A stretch of DNA of 62,471 nucleotides, counting the filler, from Choristocarpus tenellus KU-1152 (taxonomy: Eukaryota; Protista; Phaeophyceae), in the NCBI GenBank assembly GCA_964200185.2. It is 10 parts of 10 records of this genome, joined end to end, with 100 filler letters (N's around TTAATTAATTAA, not from the genome) between each part and the next. Parts side by side here need not be neighbours in the genome. Positions count along the whole stretch, not along the records: positions 10,868 to 16,707 come from CAXNAD020009630.1; positions 16,808 to 26,940 come from CAXNAD020003134.1; 8 more parts are not named here. One strand, 5' to 3'. The position numbers and the translations under genes were made by a program. Shown piece by piece: positions 13,586 to 26,794 of the stretch (position 1 is the first letter of the stretch; each line of letters starts with the position of its first letter). The notes beneath the pieces were generated by a model. It was not told where the DNA came from. It did not search any database and saw only the letters and a program-made list of their open reading frames with translations.

Positions 13586-15631
13586 AGAGCTTGGACAAGT
13601 GCTGAACGGAAGCCTCTTCGGACTAGCTGCGATTTTGTGGTTTACTTGAGCAAACTCGTGAGAGGGGTCTTGTTGTTTTTGTTCTGGTGCGAGGAGTAGA
13701 GCTTTTCAAAGTGAGTAAATAAGTGCGTGTGAGAGTGAGTGTACAATGATCTTTTGTGCTTGTGAATTTTAAATTGCCAGAGACAGAAAGCTCCACGTGG
13801 AACATTTGCATGATGACATGAGTCGCCACATGATATGTCCACCAAGAGGTTTTTCGACCACAGAGAACATGCGTCGACCATACGATGAAAAACAAAAATC
13901 AGATTTCTGTGGTGTAAGGAAATGAAGATTTGAATAAAGGTTCCATCCCAAAGGAATTTGGTTGGTTGAGGATGGCGACTCTTGTCTGAAACAATGAAAC
14001 GCTTGAAGGTTTCCTCGTGGCGTCTTCTATCCGAACTACAGACAGAGGTTCATTACTAATACTCGAACATCTCTTTCAATACAACTGTAGGAACCTTGTC
14101 GAGAAGGGACTTACGCCACGGCTAGACTCTTATCAAAACTCTGACCAAGAAGGTTTTCTTCACCCATCACTTCTGTTGAGTATAATGAAGTACGACCGAT
14201 GTTCATTCGTGCCTATCGAAACTTCTACACTCGCTCGTCCTTGTGCCCACGGCACAACATTCATTGCGCGACTGTGGGAATTTCCCAGAGTGTTCGAGCC
14301 GCCCAAGCATACCGAAATACTCGGCAAAAGAAGTTCCAAAAGTGCTCATGGTATAAAAAATACTCTCAAGAACAGCGAGTCGTTGATTTGGAAACCACTC
14401 CGAAGTTGCGCTGTACCACCGTTCCTTGTAGACAAGAGTGCGCTCGGAGTCCACCCCACCCATGTCGCAAAAGATTTGAGACGATCGATGTTATTCATCC
14501 ACCACCAATGGTCGCAGTAGTGTAAGTTGAGGTCTCTTAGCTACGCTTCGTTCCTTGAAACTCGGCTTTTCCTCTGTTCTACCTTGAATCTCGTGTGTAG
14601 TGCATGTCCTACCTTGAAGGAGAGCAAAGCGCATCTAACGTGCTGCACCTTCGTGCAAAGGGGTTATATGCTTGTGATGAAGTTCGAACACCAGCTCGGA
14701 TGCGCTTAGGTAGCAGAGACTTGTCGACATAGGTTCTTGTCGTTTACCTACTCTCTGGAGCAGAATGTTGTAGTGATGGTGATCTGTTGTCCTTCCCTCA
14801 CATTGGTATTGCCTTCAGCTCGGCCATGCATGTGTTGGGCATACAATGTGGGCGTGTGTGCAAGTATTCGTCACCATCTTTGTCGGTAACTTTCTACCAG
14901 CGTGCCTTGGTGTCTGTGTGGGTTGATACAAGAGGAGACCTCCAGCTATTATAGCCGAGAGTACAATAATAGCACTTGTAGTGCCCTATTGTTGAGGCAT
15001 GGACTATCGGTATGCTCCTTTCTGCAAATTGAGATGAGGTAGACCTCTGCAAGAAATTGCAGAAGTAGTCATGTCAACCACACTACCCCTCCTTCACAAA
15101 CGCTTTGTGCTGTGGACAACAACAGGTAGTTCGAGTTGATCTCACGTACATGCACACACAATGCCAACATCCTTTCTTGCCTTTCCAGGACGCTGACATC
15201 AGTGAGGAGAGGGACATTTTGCAGTTGTAGCAACAATCACAGACTGCACTCGTTCCCAGAGGGCTGTCTCTTCTTACGAACTCTTCATATTTCTAAAGCA
15301 CCACTACTGCAGAATGTCATTTTACGCACCAACCGATGGTGCTCAACCCAGGATACCATCATTTCCGATGGAGGTACAAAGAGAATTTACTAAGGGACTT
15401 CTCCGAATGTGCACAAGGATCGTCCCCAGGTTGTACCACCGGGTGTCTGATGATGTGTTATCCAAAGTTGTGGATCTTTTCCAGGTTATCATCCTAGAGC
15501 AGCACCAGCAGAGGAACAAGGTGCTTACAATGTATTGGGCATCGAGGGAGGAAACTATCCAAGCTGCAGGCCAATGAACTATTTTGACCGCAAGTTCTTC
15601 GCAAAGAAGGCCCCCCTTAATCTCGTGTAAA

Positions 15632-15905
15632 GAGTCAAAGTATGTTAGAGGGTAGAGCCCCGTCTGTTTGGGAGCCAAAATCTGATGTTACGATTTTAAT
15701 GTAGTTTTGGCTATCATGTTTGTTAGGAAGTGTCAATATCCTTATTCCAGAGATACATATACGTGATTACCTACTCCAAAAACCTATACATTTCACCTAC
15801 TACGCAACATTTTGGAGTAGGAAAATGTCCCAAAAAATCCGTGTGAAGTCAAGTCCTAAAGGGACAAACAGGACAAACCTCGTCCCCTCTAAGATATGTT
15901 CACTC
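15632..15905 (+). mobile_element. MITE family A copy
   Basis: Same TIRs and body as the other copies, immediately followed by a family B copy. Confidence 0.85.
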
Positions 15906-15916
15906 TGATAGATCTT

Positions 15917-16099
15917 GGGTCAAAGTATCTGGGGGGGGAGGGAGTGGTTTGTGAGGGAGCGTCTGTTTCGGTCAAACAACTCTTTTTTGCTGACATTTCA
16001 AATCCGACACGTGCGACCAAATCACACCAATAAAGTGAAAATCGAAAAAAGGGTGAAAAACGGACGCCAACATCACCCCCCCCCCAGATACTTTGACCC
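15917..16099. mobile_element. MITE family B copy (poly-G/poly-C subterminal tracts)
   Basis: TIR GGGTCAAAGTATCTGGGGGGG / CCCCCCCAGATACTTTGACCC. Confidence 0.85.
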
Positions 16100-17281
16100 T
16101 GTTGTGTTATCATGATAGCGTCGTATGTCGACCTGTTCAGACGCTAGAAATATTGAGAGAAGTGGCTCGTCCAGGCGGGCAGGGAATGCAGGCACCGATT
16201 AGCAAGCGTGTCTTTAGGACTTGTCGAACAGGCTGTTGTAGGTCAAGTCTGATATTTATTGCACTGAGTTCCTGCTGGCTCTGGAAGGAGCATTGGTAGG
16301 TCCATATTGGTTTTAATCTGACCTCCAGAATGAAGTATCTTTCCCCACGAGAAAGGTGTGTTCTGTCCTCCCCCTGTCCTCGTTCAGTCACCCATGTACC
16401 GATACTCTCTATTTTATGGTTGGCGGAAGGTGCTTCTGTGTTGCACCCTCTTGGCATGTTTTACCTAAAGAAAATTTCTTCCGCGCTCTTTCTCGGAAAT
16501 TTCTCGTAATATTTTTTTGTCGAGAAAACTTGTGGTTGATAATTTTTTTTTTTAAATCAGTAATCTCGCAAACGAAAGCAAGCGAGCGGGTCTCTTAATT
16601 TTTTTGTAAAATATGTGCATACTAATGGTATGGACTTTTCAGTATAATGTATGAGATTAACGGGGGGGGGGGGGGGGGGTGAGGTAGGGTTAGGGTTTGG
16701 GGTCTTTNNNNNNNNNNNNNNNNNNNNNNNNNNNNNNNNNNNNNNNNNNNNTTAATTAATTAANNNNNNNNNNNNNNNNNNNNNNNNNNNNNNNNNNNNN
16801 NNNNNNNCAGTCAATTTTGGGTCAAGCCCATCCTCAATGAAAAGCTCCATCCTCAATTTTTGAAATCGGGTGTTAGATGTGTCAGGTGGGAAACCAATCA
16901 AAACTATACGTATCTCGTTATTAATAATAATATTGTGAGAGAGTAACAATGCTTATTGTAATTGTAACGTTGTAATGTCACACAAAAGTTCAAGAATATT
17001 TCCCTTTTCAGAAGATGATCAAGATGCAACTACGCCGAAAAGATTTGAAGTTTCCCCCGTCCAGTAGAGTTGCTTGAAGTTCGGGATTGTAGTACTGAGC
17101 AAGGAATGTTCAAAAGTTGTATCTATCTCACCCTCTTAATGTACTAGTGGGAAAAGTAGAAGCACTAGACAGTTTCGGCGAGGTCATCTTGCTCACTTAT
17201 TTTCAGGATAAACTAATAGAAGAAAGGGAAAGAGAGCGGTAAACAACAGATTCAATCACAAACCTAAGATTGGACGGTGAT

Positions 17282-19060
17282 CTAAGTAAGACCCCTTGGA
17301 AACTCAACACCATGGTGAAGGTGCACAAGATAGGTAGTGACATCGAGTCTCAACTGGTCGACCCAAATGTCATCAGGATCATCCACAAGCAGGTTAGTCA
17401 TGAAGGCTATGATGCCAACACCACACGCTATTCTCCATAGGAGAAGGTGTACTTTGGGAGTATACATATATACAACGTTGGATAAACTCTCCACACAGGC
17501 GACCAGTATTTTTTGGTCTAATGGGTGCTACGGGTAAGTTCGCCCAGTCAATTCAAGTGGCAAAACTCGACATTGAGACATGGCATTGGTAGGATACAGT
17601 GTCTACCAACAGTCTGTCATGCGAAACATCTAGCAAAGTAGCTTCTTCTCATCCTCCTAGGACGCTATTACAACCAACATGACATGAAAAGCTTTTGAAC
17701 TATGTAGGATATGGCTGGGTGCTGCCATCCAGCCGTCAACTGGCTCTGCCTGTCATGCTGCTGTGCCGGTCTGAGGAATCGTGCCTACAATTGGGTTACT
17801 GAGAATACCGTCAACACGAACACGCCCTGCTTCTGCTTCTTCGACCCGTTTCGTTGTGTTTGCTGGTGAGTTCAGTTGTGAGGTCCGTAATGGAGGAACT
17901 CTTTGTAAGTCCTATCGCTATCAAAGGACTTGGCTGAACATGAGGGTACTAAGGTACCATGAACTGATTGTTGGGGTTGGCTCCGAAAACAAAGACCAGG
18001 GTAGAGGGATATGACAGGATCATGACATGCTCGGATCCTCCACGAGCTCCCCCACATCCACTCGTTAATGTCGATCCATTCCTGCGTGTTGGGCTCATGA
18101 TTTCGAGTAGCTAGTCTTCAAAACACTTGAGATAAGATAATTGTGTAGCCATCCTCTCTTGATCTATCTTACTGATATCGACGGATTTGGCCATTTCCCT
18201 TGTGAATTGTCACAGTACCACAGTGGACTGCACAAGCGTGACTCACTTGGACAGGGCACCCTTCACACCTGTAAGTCTTCGGAGTAGACTATCCAATGGT
18301 CACTTTGGTGGGTGATTTTTACTTCTGGATTATGCACAATGTATAAAGCTTGGGTGTGGAGAAAGTAGTCATATATTTATGTTTATCTGCTTCCAAAGGA
18401 ATGGAGACGAAACGGATTGAGACAATGAGGAGGTGTGATAGAGGATGGGAAGAAAAAATAAATGTCAAAAGAATGAATACTTTTGATGATAACATGTTCC
18501 GCACCTCAGCACGATCAAGTTTGAAGCAGTAGTCGATCGTAATTGTAAATTGTCCATGCCACCCCAACCCTAGACCTCTAAGCGACTCGAGTCATTTGAA
18601 CACAGAGCAGAGATATTTCTGGATCACTCTCGGCTGGTAGTGAGGTTCGACTAGCAGTTTCAGTCTTATTTCTTCTCCTTGTCCACTTAAGTCAATCATA
18701 CATGGTGTCACTTCATCTTATACAGTTTCGTCGGCAGGAAAAGTGCCATGGACTTCTTTTTTGGTTGAATATCCACCATGCCGCTGAAAAATGCCCCCCA
18801 AAAAGTACCTAGTGAGTAGTGTAGGAACAAACTGGGTTTTGGCGGCAAGATCAGAAAGATGGAACTCTCAACTGGTTTTCCCATTCTTGGTTCACTGCTT
18901 TCACTCTGTACTTCTCTTCAAGTACTCCTAATGGCACATTGATCACTCACCATCCTGTCCTGGTTTCTTGACCCCTGTATCCTTTGCCGTCCTTGGCTGT
19001 TGGTGGTGTTACATACATTTTTTGTGCCGAATGTTCTCTAACTTACCCACTACTACTGTG
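17282..19060 (-). mobile_element. Highly decayed hAT-like transposase
   Basis: Scattered remnants across frames are in the expected order: NTTN, then SLLRRLTGVKGAL, then a PLD...WSPVWRVYPTLY segment resembling the hAT dimerisation domain. There are many stops. Confidence 0.35.
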
Positions 19061-19442
19061 CCTGCCGGATGATTCTCATGTTTGACTTTTGACGATCAGT
19101 GCTGCGAAGGATGCGGTTCTCCATGCGGTGCTCGCGGTTGGGCTACCCAGGTATGAAGAGGTGCCCCCCACAAACATGACATGAAACTACCTTGATAAAA
19201 GAAGACAAATATGATGCAGATTTGTGTTTGTTGATGCCTGTCCATATCCAATAATTTGATGGGAGTGAGTCCAAGTGCTTGCAGTAACAGAGGAGAGAGA
19301 ATGTGCTGGGCAATCTGTTGTGCCCCCTTCCTAGGTATTGAAATTCGTAGCACTACTACAGTGTAGGTTGGCATGTTTTTGGCAAGGCTGCGCACTAGTC
19401 AACATGCTTTGATATACACCCTCAAAACTCAAGCAAGAGGTG

Positions 19443-19668
19443 CCCAGAGTTGCATTTTAAGGATGCCGGCAAATATGTACAAAATTGGTATTTTTTTCAA
19501 ATGCGCGTATGGTACATTTTTGAATTGTGTCGAAAAGTTTCAAACAATTGAGAAATCAACCCTCTCAAGTCAAAGTAAGCACTTCATCCATAGAAATAAT
19601 AAAAATACGGGTGAATTGCAAAAGATTGAAAAACTGGCATTTCTAATGTAAAACGACCAAAACCTGGG
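19443..19668. mobile_element. Family E copy
   Basis: CCCAGAGTTGCATTT...GACCAAAACCTGGG-TA, homologous to 52944-53155. Confidence 0.7.
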
Positions 19669-19749
19669 TACCTCTCGTTTACTTTGACTCATTGTCTCTC
19701 ACCTCTAACAATAGTAGTAGCAATAAATGATTTGTACACATGTCTCTTT

Positions 19750-19907
19750 ATTTTTAATATGGCAAAATCCGCGTACATATCATAATAAACTACTTTTGCT
19801 TCAGCTTGCTTGCCATTATGGAAAGTAATAAAATATGTTCCAACACTTACTCTTCCTACTACGTGATTATTTGTAACCAAATATCCATCTTTAGTATCGA
19901 CAACAAT
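19750..19907 (-). pseudogene. Fragment of a trypsin-like (HtrA/DegP/Nma111-type) serine protease, AT-rich and bacterial-looking
   Basis: IVVDTKDGYLVTNNHVVGRVSVGTYFITFHNGKQAEAKVVYYDMYADFAILKI contains the catalytic His (TNxHV) and Asp (DxAILK) motifs. It has no catalytic Ser region and no start, and third codon positions are strongly A/T. Confidence 0.7.
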
Positions 19908-21513
19908 TAAAAAACTTCTTAGAATGATTGATATTGATTATGTCTTTAGATAACAAATACCAGAAAAAAACTATTCTACAAGTTGTTCCTGCTTTAATTT
20001 CTGACCAAGTTCTATAAGCCATACCATTGTTGCTATAGCTACTACTGGAAGAACATCTAAGTGATCCATTGTTCTCCTCTATTCCGGTGTGAATGTGCAA
20101 TCCTTTCCCCCTACCCTCCTTTGGTTGAGGTAGACAAACAGATCAAGTGAAAAACTTCACTTCAATCAAAACATACCCTCTTACACTGAAACTGTCGAAA
20201 CTGCCAACATTTCTTGCTCCTCAGGATGACCTAACTTACTGCTGCTGGTGCATTGAATGTGTCTGCCTCTACAAGTGAGTCTGGACGGAGGGGTGCTGCC
20301 CAAAACCAGCACTGCCTACGCAAAAACACCAAATACCTGACGACCTCCTTTCATTCATCTCTCACCCCCCCCAAACATTCATCTCTCACTCCCCCTACAT
20401 CAGTGCTCTGGCATCCATCGCTTCTTATCTCGCCACCTTGATGCTGTGTGTTGCAATGGAATACCCGCGCACTCGATCCTGCCTGCTTTCTTCTTTCAAA
20501 GCAAGATATACTTTGTCAGTTACAAAACATACCCCTGGGCAGAGTTCAAATGGCATACTCAATCCCACTGCAGTAGGAGAGAGCACTGACGGGTTACAGT
20601 ACTCCAATTTGCCCATGGTCCGACTGATTATAGCCTACTTCAATTCTCCATGCACATGGCGATTCGCATACCCTGTCTTTCTTGCGGACTCCTTATGATT
20701 TCACCCCCGCTATGTTAAGCCAATCAGTACCTATTGTGTATAAACCGTGTTTTGTATTGGTACACAGCTGCCTCTGGAAACCATGCTTTGGTGAGATGCT
20801 ATCGCTTACCATGTGCGAGAACGGCACGTGCTGCTTCAAGCTGGGAACACGTTGCTGCCCATGCCTGTGCTTCCCCTTCGCTGCCTTCATGTCAGACTCC
20901 AAATCCTACCGGTGGGTTGCTTGCTTGCGTGTGTGATTTAATTTTTTTTTGTGTGTTTTTGTCCATCTATGGAATCCACGTGTGTGGTTGGAAAATGTAA
21001 CGTAATTTGTGAGTGGTCGTTTTAATCTCTCCACCTGCTGCTACCATGGCACACTATTTTTTTGGCATCTGACCGACAAGGTGCAATGGTCTTGAGTGGC
21101 GCTTAAATAACCTTTTTTTTTGTCATAAATAATCTAATTTACTTCTGATGCTGTTTTGACAATCTGTGGGGAGGGGGAAGGTTCAACCTGTTGTTACGAT
21201 ACTTTGGTTGGCGAGACATGCAGGGTTTCTACGGCCTGATTTTCCTCTCAATATAGATGATTATACATGAAGTACTGTTTTTTGTACTTCAAAGGCATAC
21301 ATACATGGCTAGTCTGCGCTAGATGGTTGTAGTATAACAAGACGTTGACAGTTGATGACACAATGCTGTACTGTAACCAAGGAGCTTTGCTACTGTATAG
21401 AACTCTCATTTAGTCGCCTTTTTTGGGAGATCAATTCCTGCGTTCCCCAACTATTAATAGGAGGCCAAACCTTTAGTTTTGTTGCTATATTTGCTATTGC
21501 TATACTTCAACAA

Positions 21514-21776
21514 GAGTCAAAGTATCTTAGAGGGTAGAGCCACGCCCATTTGGGGCCCAAAATCCAATGTTGCAAAATTTTGATGTAATTTTGGCGATCA
21601 TGTTTGTTAGGAGATGTCAATATCCTTTATCCGAACACAACTTTTCATAGCGCATACATTTTACACACTCCGGAACATTTTGGAGTAAATAAAATGTAAT
21701 TAAAAAAAACGTGGGAAGCCAAGCCCCAAATGGACAAAACAGGGAAAAACTTGTACCCTCCAAGATACTTTCACTC
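21514..21776 (+). mobile_element. MITE family A copy, TSD CAA
   Basis: TIRs present, with CAA on both flanks. Confidence 0.88.
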
Positions 21777-24700
21777 CAAGTGATTGTGGGAGTACTGGCT
21801 GTATGGCAAGTCTTTCCTATCCTGTGTGGGGGTTAAGTTCATCGGCATTGTCATACTGTGCTAAGCCACGGACCCACGTCTGGCTCTGTTTCATTCGTAC
21901 TTGGAACAAATACTCGCGTCTGCTTTTAACAACGCGGCTTGAAACCCTCTGGAGTACAGTGCACACACCCCTTGTGCACACTATGGTCCACCTTTTCTTC
22001 TGTCTATGTGTATGCCTTGTTAGAAAGTCAACTATTTGCCATGATCATTGTTGGTTCAAGTCAATGTCACCCACGGTACACAATGCTAATGACGGTATCT
22101 TCCCCCACCCAGATATATAGTAGAGTTGCTAAGGTAATCCAGTGTGAGAGCAGTGTCTCACCCTCCTTCCCTCCTTTTCTCTCCTTCACACAATTTTGTG
22201 CTGGCTCATATGGCGGGGTGAACACAGGGCTGCCGTCATGCAACAGACATCACAGGTCAGACGTAAGCCGCTCACTGCTGAGCAGCTCAAGCTTGTCCCT
22301 GTCACTGGTGTTGCCCAGGCGCATATCATGGCACGCTGAATATGGTATAGCTTGGACTGGTGCTCGACTGAGCTGATGTGCATGTAATGACCGGAATGAC
22401 TTTGGGAAGGAACCTTGAGCTGGTTCCTCTCAGACACAGAGTTCTTATCATATATACCTAGTCCGAGATATCAACCACTACTGCTGTAAACCGAGTTTGG
22501 TATTCGATAAGGTGCTCGTTATCAGTTGGCCAAACAAACGGCTACACTAGACAAAAGAGAAATATGACTGAAAACGGTTAGGTAGCATGGTTGTTGCTGG
22601 TGGAACTAGAGTACATGTACTTTGCGTATGTACTAGTAATACATATATGTGACACATGAGCGCTGTGTGTTGGACTTCGATATTCCTGAGCTAGCTCCCC
22701 AATCTGGACGTCAACATTTCTCAAGTGTGCAACCTTTGTATTCCAAATGTTTTTTCATGCGTGTGCTACACATTTGCCTGTATGCTCTGCAATGCAAAGT
22801 CCTTGCTCTTTGGTCTTCTAGATAGAAGTCTAATGTTGCGCTCAGTGGCATGGGGTGGGGGGGGGCTGAGGGCGACTATTGGTGAGGGGACTAAATAAAG
22901 AAAAAAGTACGACGCAGACAAGAAGTGGGTGGAAAAACCATGTGCAAATTACACATGAGGGTGGCAGCCCTTCAGGCAGCCTTAGAGCAAGATGAAGGGC
23001 TTTTGGTTAGTTTGAGCAGGCTCATTCGTCGTTCCACTCACCCAAGTTTCATGCAATGCCGACAACTCTTGGCTTGCATTGGTAGGGAAGAATAGGCAGT
23101 AGGCTGTATTATACCCATGTAGTACATGTTGGTGGGGATGCGTAAATGTTGTATGTAGATGATAAATATTGCTGTATGCTTGGAATGCTGACAATGAGCT
23201 GGGAGTGTTACATTTTTTTTTTCTTATGTAGAGGTACATGTTGTAAAAGAAACAATCATAAATATACACATCTATTCAACAAAATGGGTCGAGCAAAATG
23301 ATACATACTTACTAAACGTTGACCAACAGAAGATAGTGTCGATGATGAATAGTACTGGTTCAAGACAACAACACCATGAGGCAGGGGGAAAGAGAGGCGT
23401 ATCTATCAAAACAATACTATGAATCACCCTGTATTTTGTCCATCACTGTAAATAAATGCGCCTCAAGTATTCTGTATCCTGTTTACATTCTCTCTTCCCA
23501 CTGCATGGAGTAGCGTTGGAAATCACAGAGGTTTTGAGCAGGTAGAGACCTTGACGGAACCAAACCGACCAACCTCCGTGAATCACGTGTTGTTATTATA
23601 CTTGACAAGATGTTTCCTTCCGTTGCTGACTCGAACATGTACCTGAGTGATTTGGCAATAATGCACATACTGTACCATTACACCCAGCTGACCAATTTCG
23701 CGCAATATTTACAACGACATTTTTCGCGATCCACTTTTCTCTTTTCTTCTCATCTGATATCGGTTAAGACAATGGAATAGAGGCAGCAATGAGATGGACA
23801 ATATCACCCCGCCCTTCCCCTTACATTTCACAGTTGTCCCACCCAAAAGGTTCGATCAATTCATGACAATACGGAACAAGTAGAGTGCAGAGCCGCCTCC
23901 TTTTATAAATTAGTAATCTGGCTATGTTTTGTGTGTGTGTATACTCCTTCAGTGTGTCTGTTTGCATGTGTTCAACATGATACAAGAAAAACGGACCAAG
24001 ATCGTTGATTGTATCGACTTCCCAACAACAGGAAGAAAGTGCTGATATAGTTCCACATTGCATCACCTCTATTATCTATCTATAGTTTGTCGTAAGACGT
24101 CATTTACTGTATTATTGGTCTCAGCTTACTGCGCACACTGAGGGGCAGGTTCACCTCTTCTTGCGTGACACACTCCACACACCATGGGTCCTCGCTTCAT
24201 CCAATTTTATTGCCTACTACTACTACTACTCTACATAATACTACATTAATTCAAATTAGAGTTCACATTTTCATGGTGATGATCAACTTTCAGATATCAA
24301 GTACAAGAACAGCTCCGTCTATCTGGTACTGGTGCCTTTTGTCATCAGTCATGCCCACCTCTCAGTATCTACTCTCTGTACGTGTTGCAACGTACCTTTA
24401 GATGTATGTATTTATGTGGGTACAATAAGGTGCTTCCTACTATCATCATCAGCAGGGTGATTCGACCAGATGTCTTTGAAGGCATGCGATGACAACCATA
24501 CTAATCTCTACCACTACATACTACATTGACATACTATAATTACATTATTACTTGAAGTGGTAAGGGACTTTTTCTGAATAATCATGAGTGGAATCGAGGG
24601 AGTGGAGCACCGTTCCCGCACGCTATCTAGTCTCGCAAATCTGGAGGAGTGCCTGCATCCCAAAAAGTCAACTAACAATAGCACGAATTTAGTTTCACCC

Positions 24701-25727
24701 TCCTTGTTTGGAAACTCAACTGTGAAATCCTCCTCCTGTCAAACTCCTACTTCTCAGAAAAGCAACCAGCAATTCTCAAGAATTGATTACTGTTGCTGAC
24801 ATCACCCTTCCACTTTTTCCCGTTTAGGTGGTTGGTAGGCAGTGTGACCTCACCAAATGTTTGTCTGAGGCACAGATAGCTACAAATCAGAACAAATGTC
24901 ACATTCCCAACTTGGGGATCCCCAGCTCAGCTCCCACCACAAACTTTTTTTCCCGTATGTCAACAACATACACCATCAAGGACACCCTAACGTTGTCAAT
25001 TTTGAGCATTGGGAACAAGGTTCAAAAAGTAGGCAGTTTTCGGCAGGGAGACTGAATGGCAAATGCAACCCTGCCTACCTCACAGTTGGATTGACTTCCT
25101 TACACACGAAAAAAAGGCATAGATAAGATGTGCAAATAATAGCAATGATAGTACACTCTCAAAACACATTTTCACCGTGCAATTCGTATCATTCTTGGAA
25201 TTATCTTTTATCCCAATGCAAGCTCGGTGTCTTAATCGGCTAGGCAAGCGACTCTAAGCAACTCTTCCAAACCAATCCACTACTTGCTGTTGTTGTTGGC
25301 ACTATCGACAATTGTAACCCTTTTCAAGTGGAGAGAGCCAGTAAAGATAAAAAAAAAGGCGATAGGCCATACACTTCTCCAAATAATCGATGTCACTATA
25401 TATAATAATAGTATAATAATATATGTATATTATTCTTGACATTCAGCGTCCTTTCTCAACAACAACCAACAGCTGAACAAAAATAAGTAAAACGTTTCCA
25501 TCTATCTGCACCTAACCACCTCACTACTATCTTGGGGCTCGGGGATCGAAGGGGGGAGAAGGGGGCAGGGGAGAAGGTAAGGACGTGCTCACAATCCAAA
25601 AAACAGACTGGATGCAAATGGAAACAAGCCAAGCAAAGGCCGCACCTTTCACACTTTCGTCTTGATACCAATACGTAGGGCCTGCAAAATTTGACATGTT
25701 CCAGTGTAAAAATCACAACAGGTGAAG

Positions 25728-26365
25728 CACACACACACACACACACACACACAACTAAGTGTACAACAAGCCCCCCCAAAACAATACAACATCACCCCTT
25801 GACCTCACAGGCAACCCAACCATCCAACCCCGTTGCCATCCTGCTGGTGTAATACTTCTATTGATAATAGTGTCAATGCTTCAGAGCACAGTGGCAGTAC
25901 AGGGAGAGGAGCACAGCAGAGGGCTGCCATGGGGAAAAGCGATCCAATCGCAACATTGCTACACATATTTCTTAAAGAAACACACGCACACACACACGCA
26001 CACACACACACACAAACACACATAAACACACACACACACACACACACACCACATACAAAAAGGGGATGACGTTCTTTTGGAGGAAGACCGATCTCCTCCT
26101 CTCTATTACATCAACAGAAAAAAAAAGAGCGAGACATGTACAGTGCAGTGTACGGGGCATTCAAGGAATTAAAAAAAAAAAATCTTTGCCACTTCAGCAC
26201 GAGCACAGAGCGCGGCCAAACAACGTACCACACAGTCAGACGGGATACCACACAGAAAATTCCTAGAATTAGCTGAACAGCACGATCACGAAAGGAGCCG
26301 GTGTGACATTGTATGGTATTTGAGTACATACCGTTATCGGTTGAGTACTTACCGCCATTGGTACA

Positions 26366-26399
<34 letters not shown>
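25728..26399. repeat. Cluster of three (CA)n microsatellites (about 25728-25753, 25981-26049, 26369-26399)
   Basis: Directly visible. Confidence 0.9.
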
Positions 26400-26403
<4 letters not shown>

Positions 26404-26642
26404 TGAATGTATGTATATTGGCAGTATAACTTGCACCACTGTATCAATCAGCAGAAACCCCCAATATCTGGTTGGCGCAAAAAACGCCTCCCAACTCGGC
26501 CTAAAAAATCGCCAGCCAAAAATATATATATATTTTTTCAGTTACATTTTGTCGCCCGCTACATAGTGTATTATTATTAATTATTATTATTAATTATTAT
26601 TATTAAATATAACTTTCAACGAATCAACCGAAAGGCGTTCTC

Positions 26643-26794
26643 CTAAAACCGGACATCGCATCCACTAAGCTTCTTCTTGAGCTTGCGAGCCTCCGAGAAC
26701 AAACTGCTCCAGCGGAAAGTTGAGATCTTGTTGCCGGAAAGATCTAGAAGCCTGATGGTGCCTTGAAGAGCAAAAAACTCCTTGGGGACATCGC
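26643..26794 (-). CDS. Terminal exon of a leucine-rich-repeat protein
   Basis: A strong polypyrimidine tract and AG precede a phase-1 start, (G)DVPKEFFALQGTIRLLDLSGNKIS. This follows the GxIPxExxxLxxLxxLxLxxNxL repeat pattern, and the frame ends in a stop. Upstream exons would lie beyond the gap at 26941. Confidence 0.6.

Noticed and set aside
20100-20950. Possible pogo/Tc1-like transposase remnant; similar coding-like decayed stretches at 370-1300, 5300-6000, 7300-7900, 40050-40700, 56700-57450 and 59150-59900
   Set aside because: No motif was strong enough to name a family by eye. I also saw no Fanzor/TnpB RuvC motifs or giant-virus core genes in the stretches I translated.
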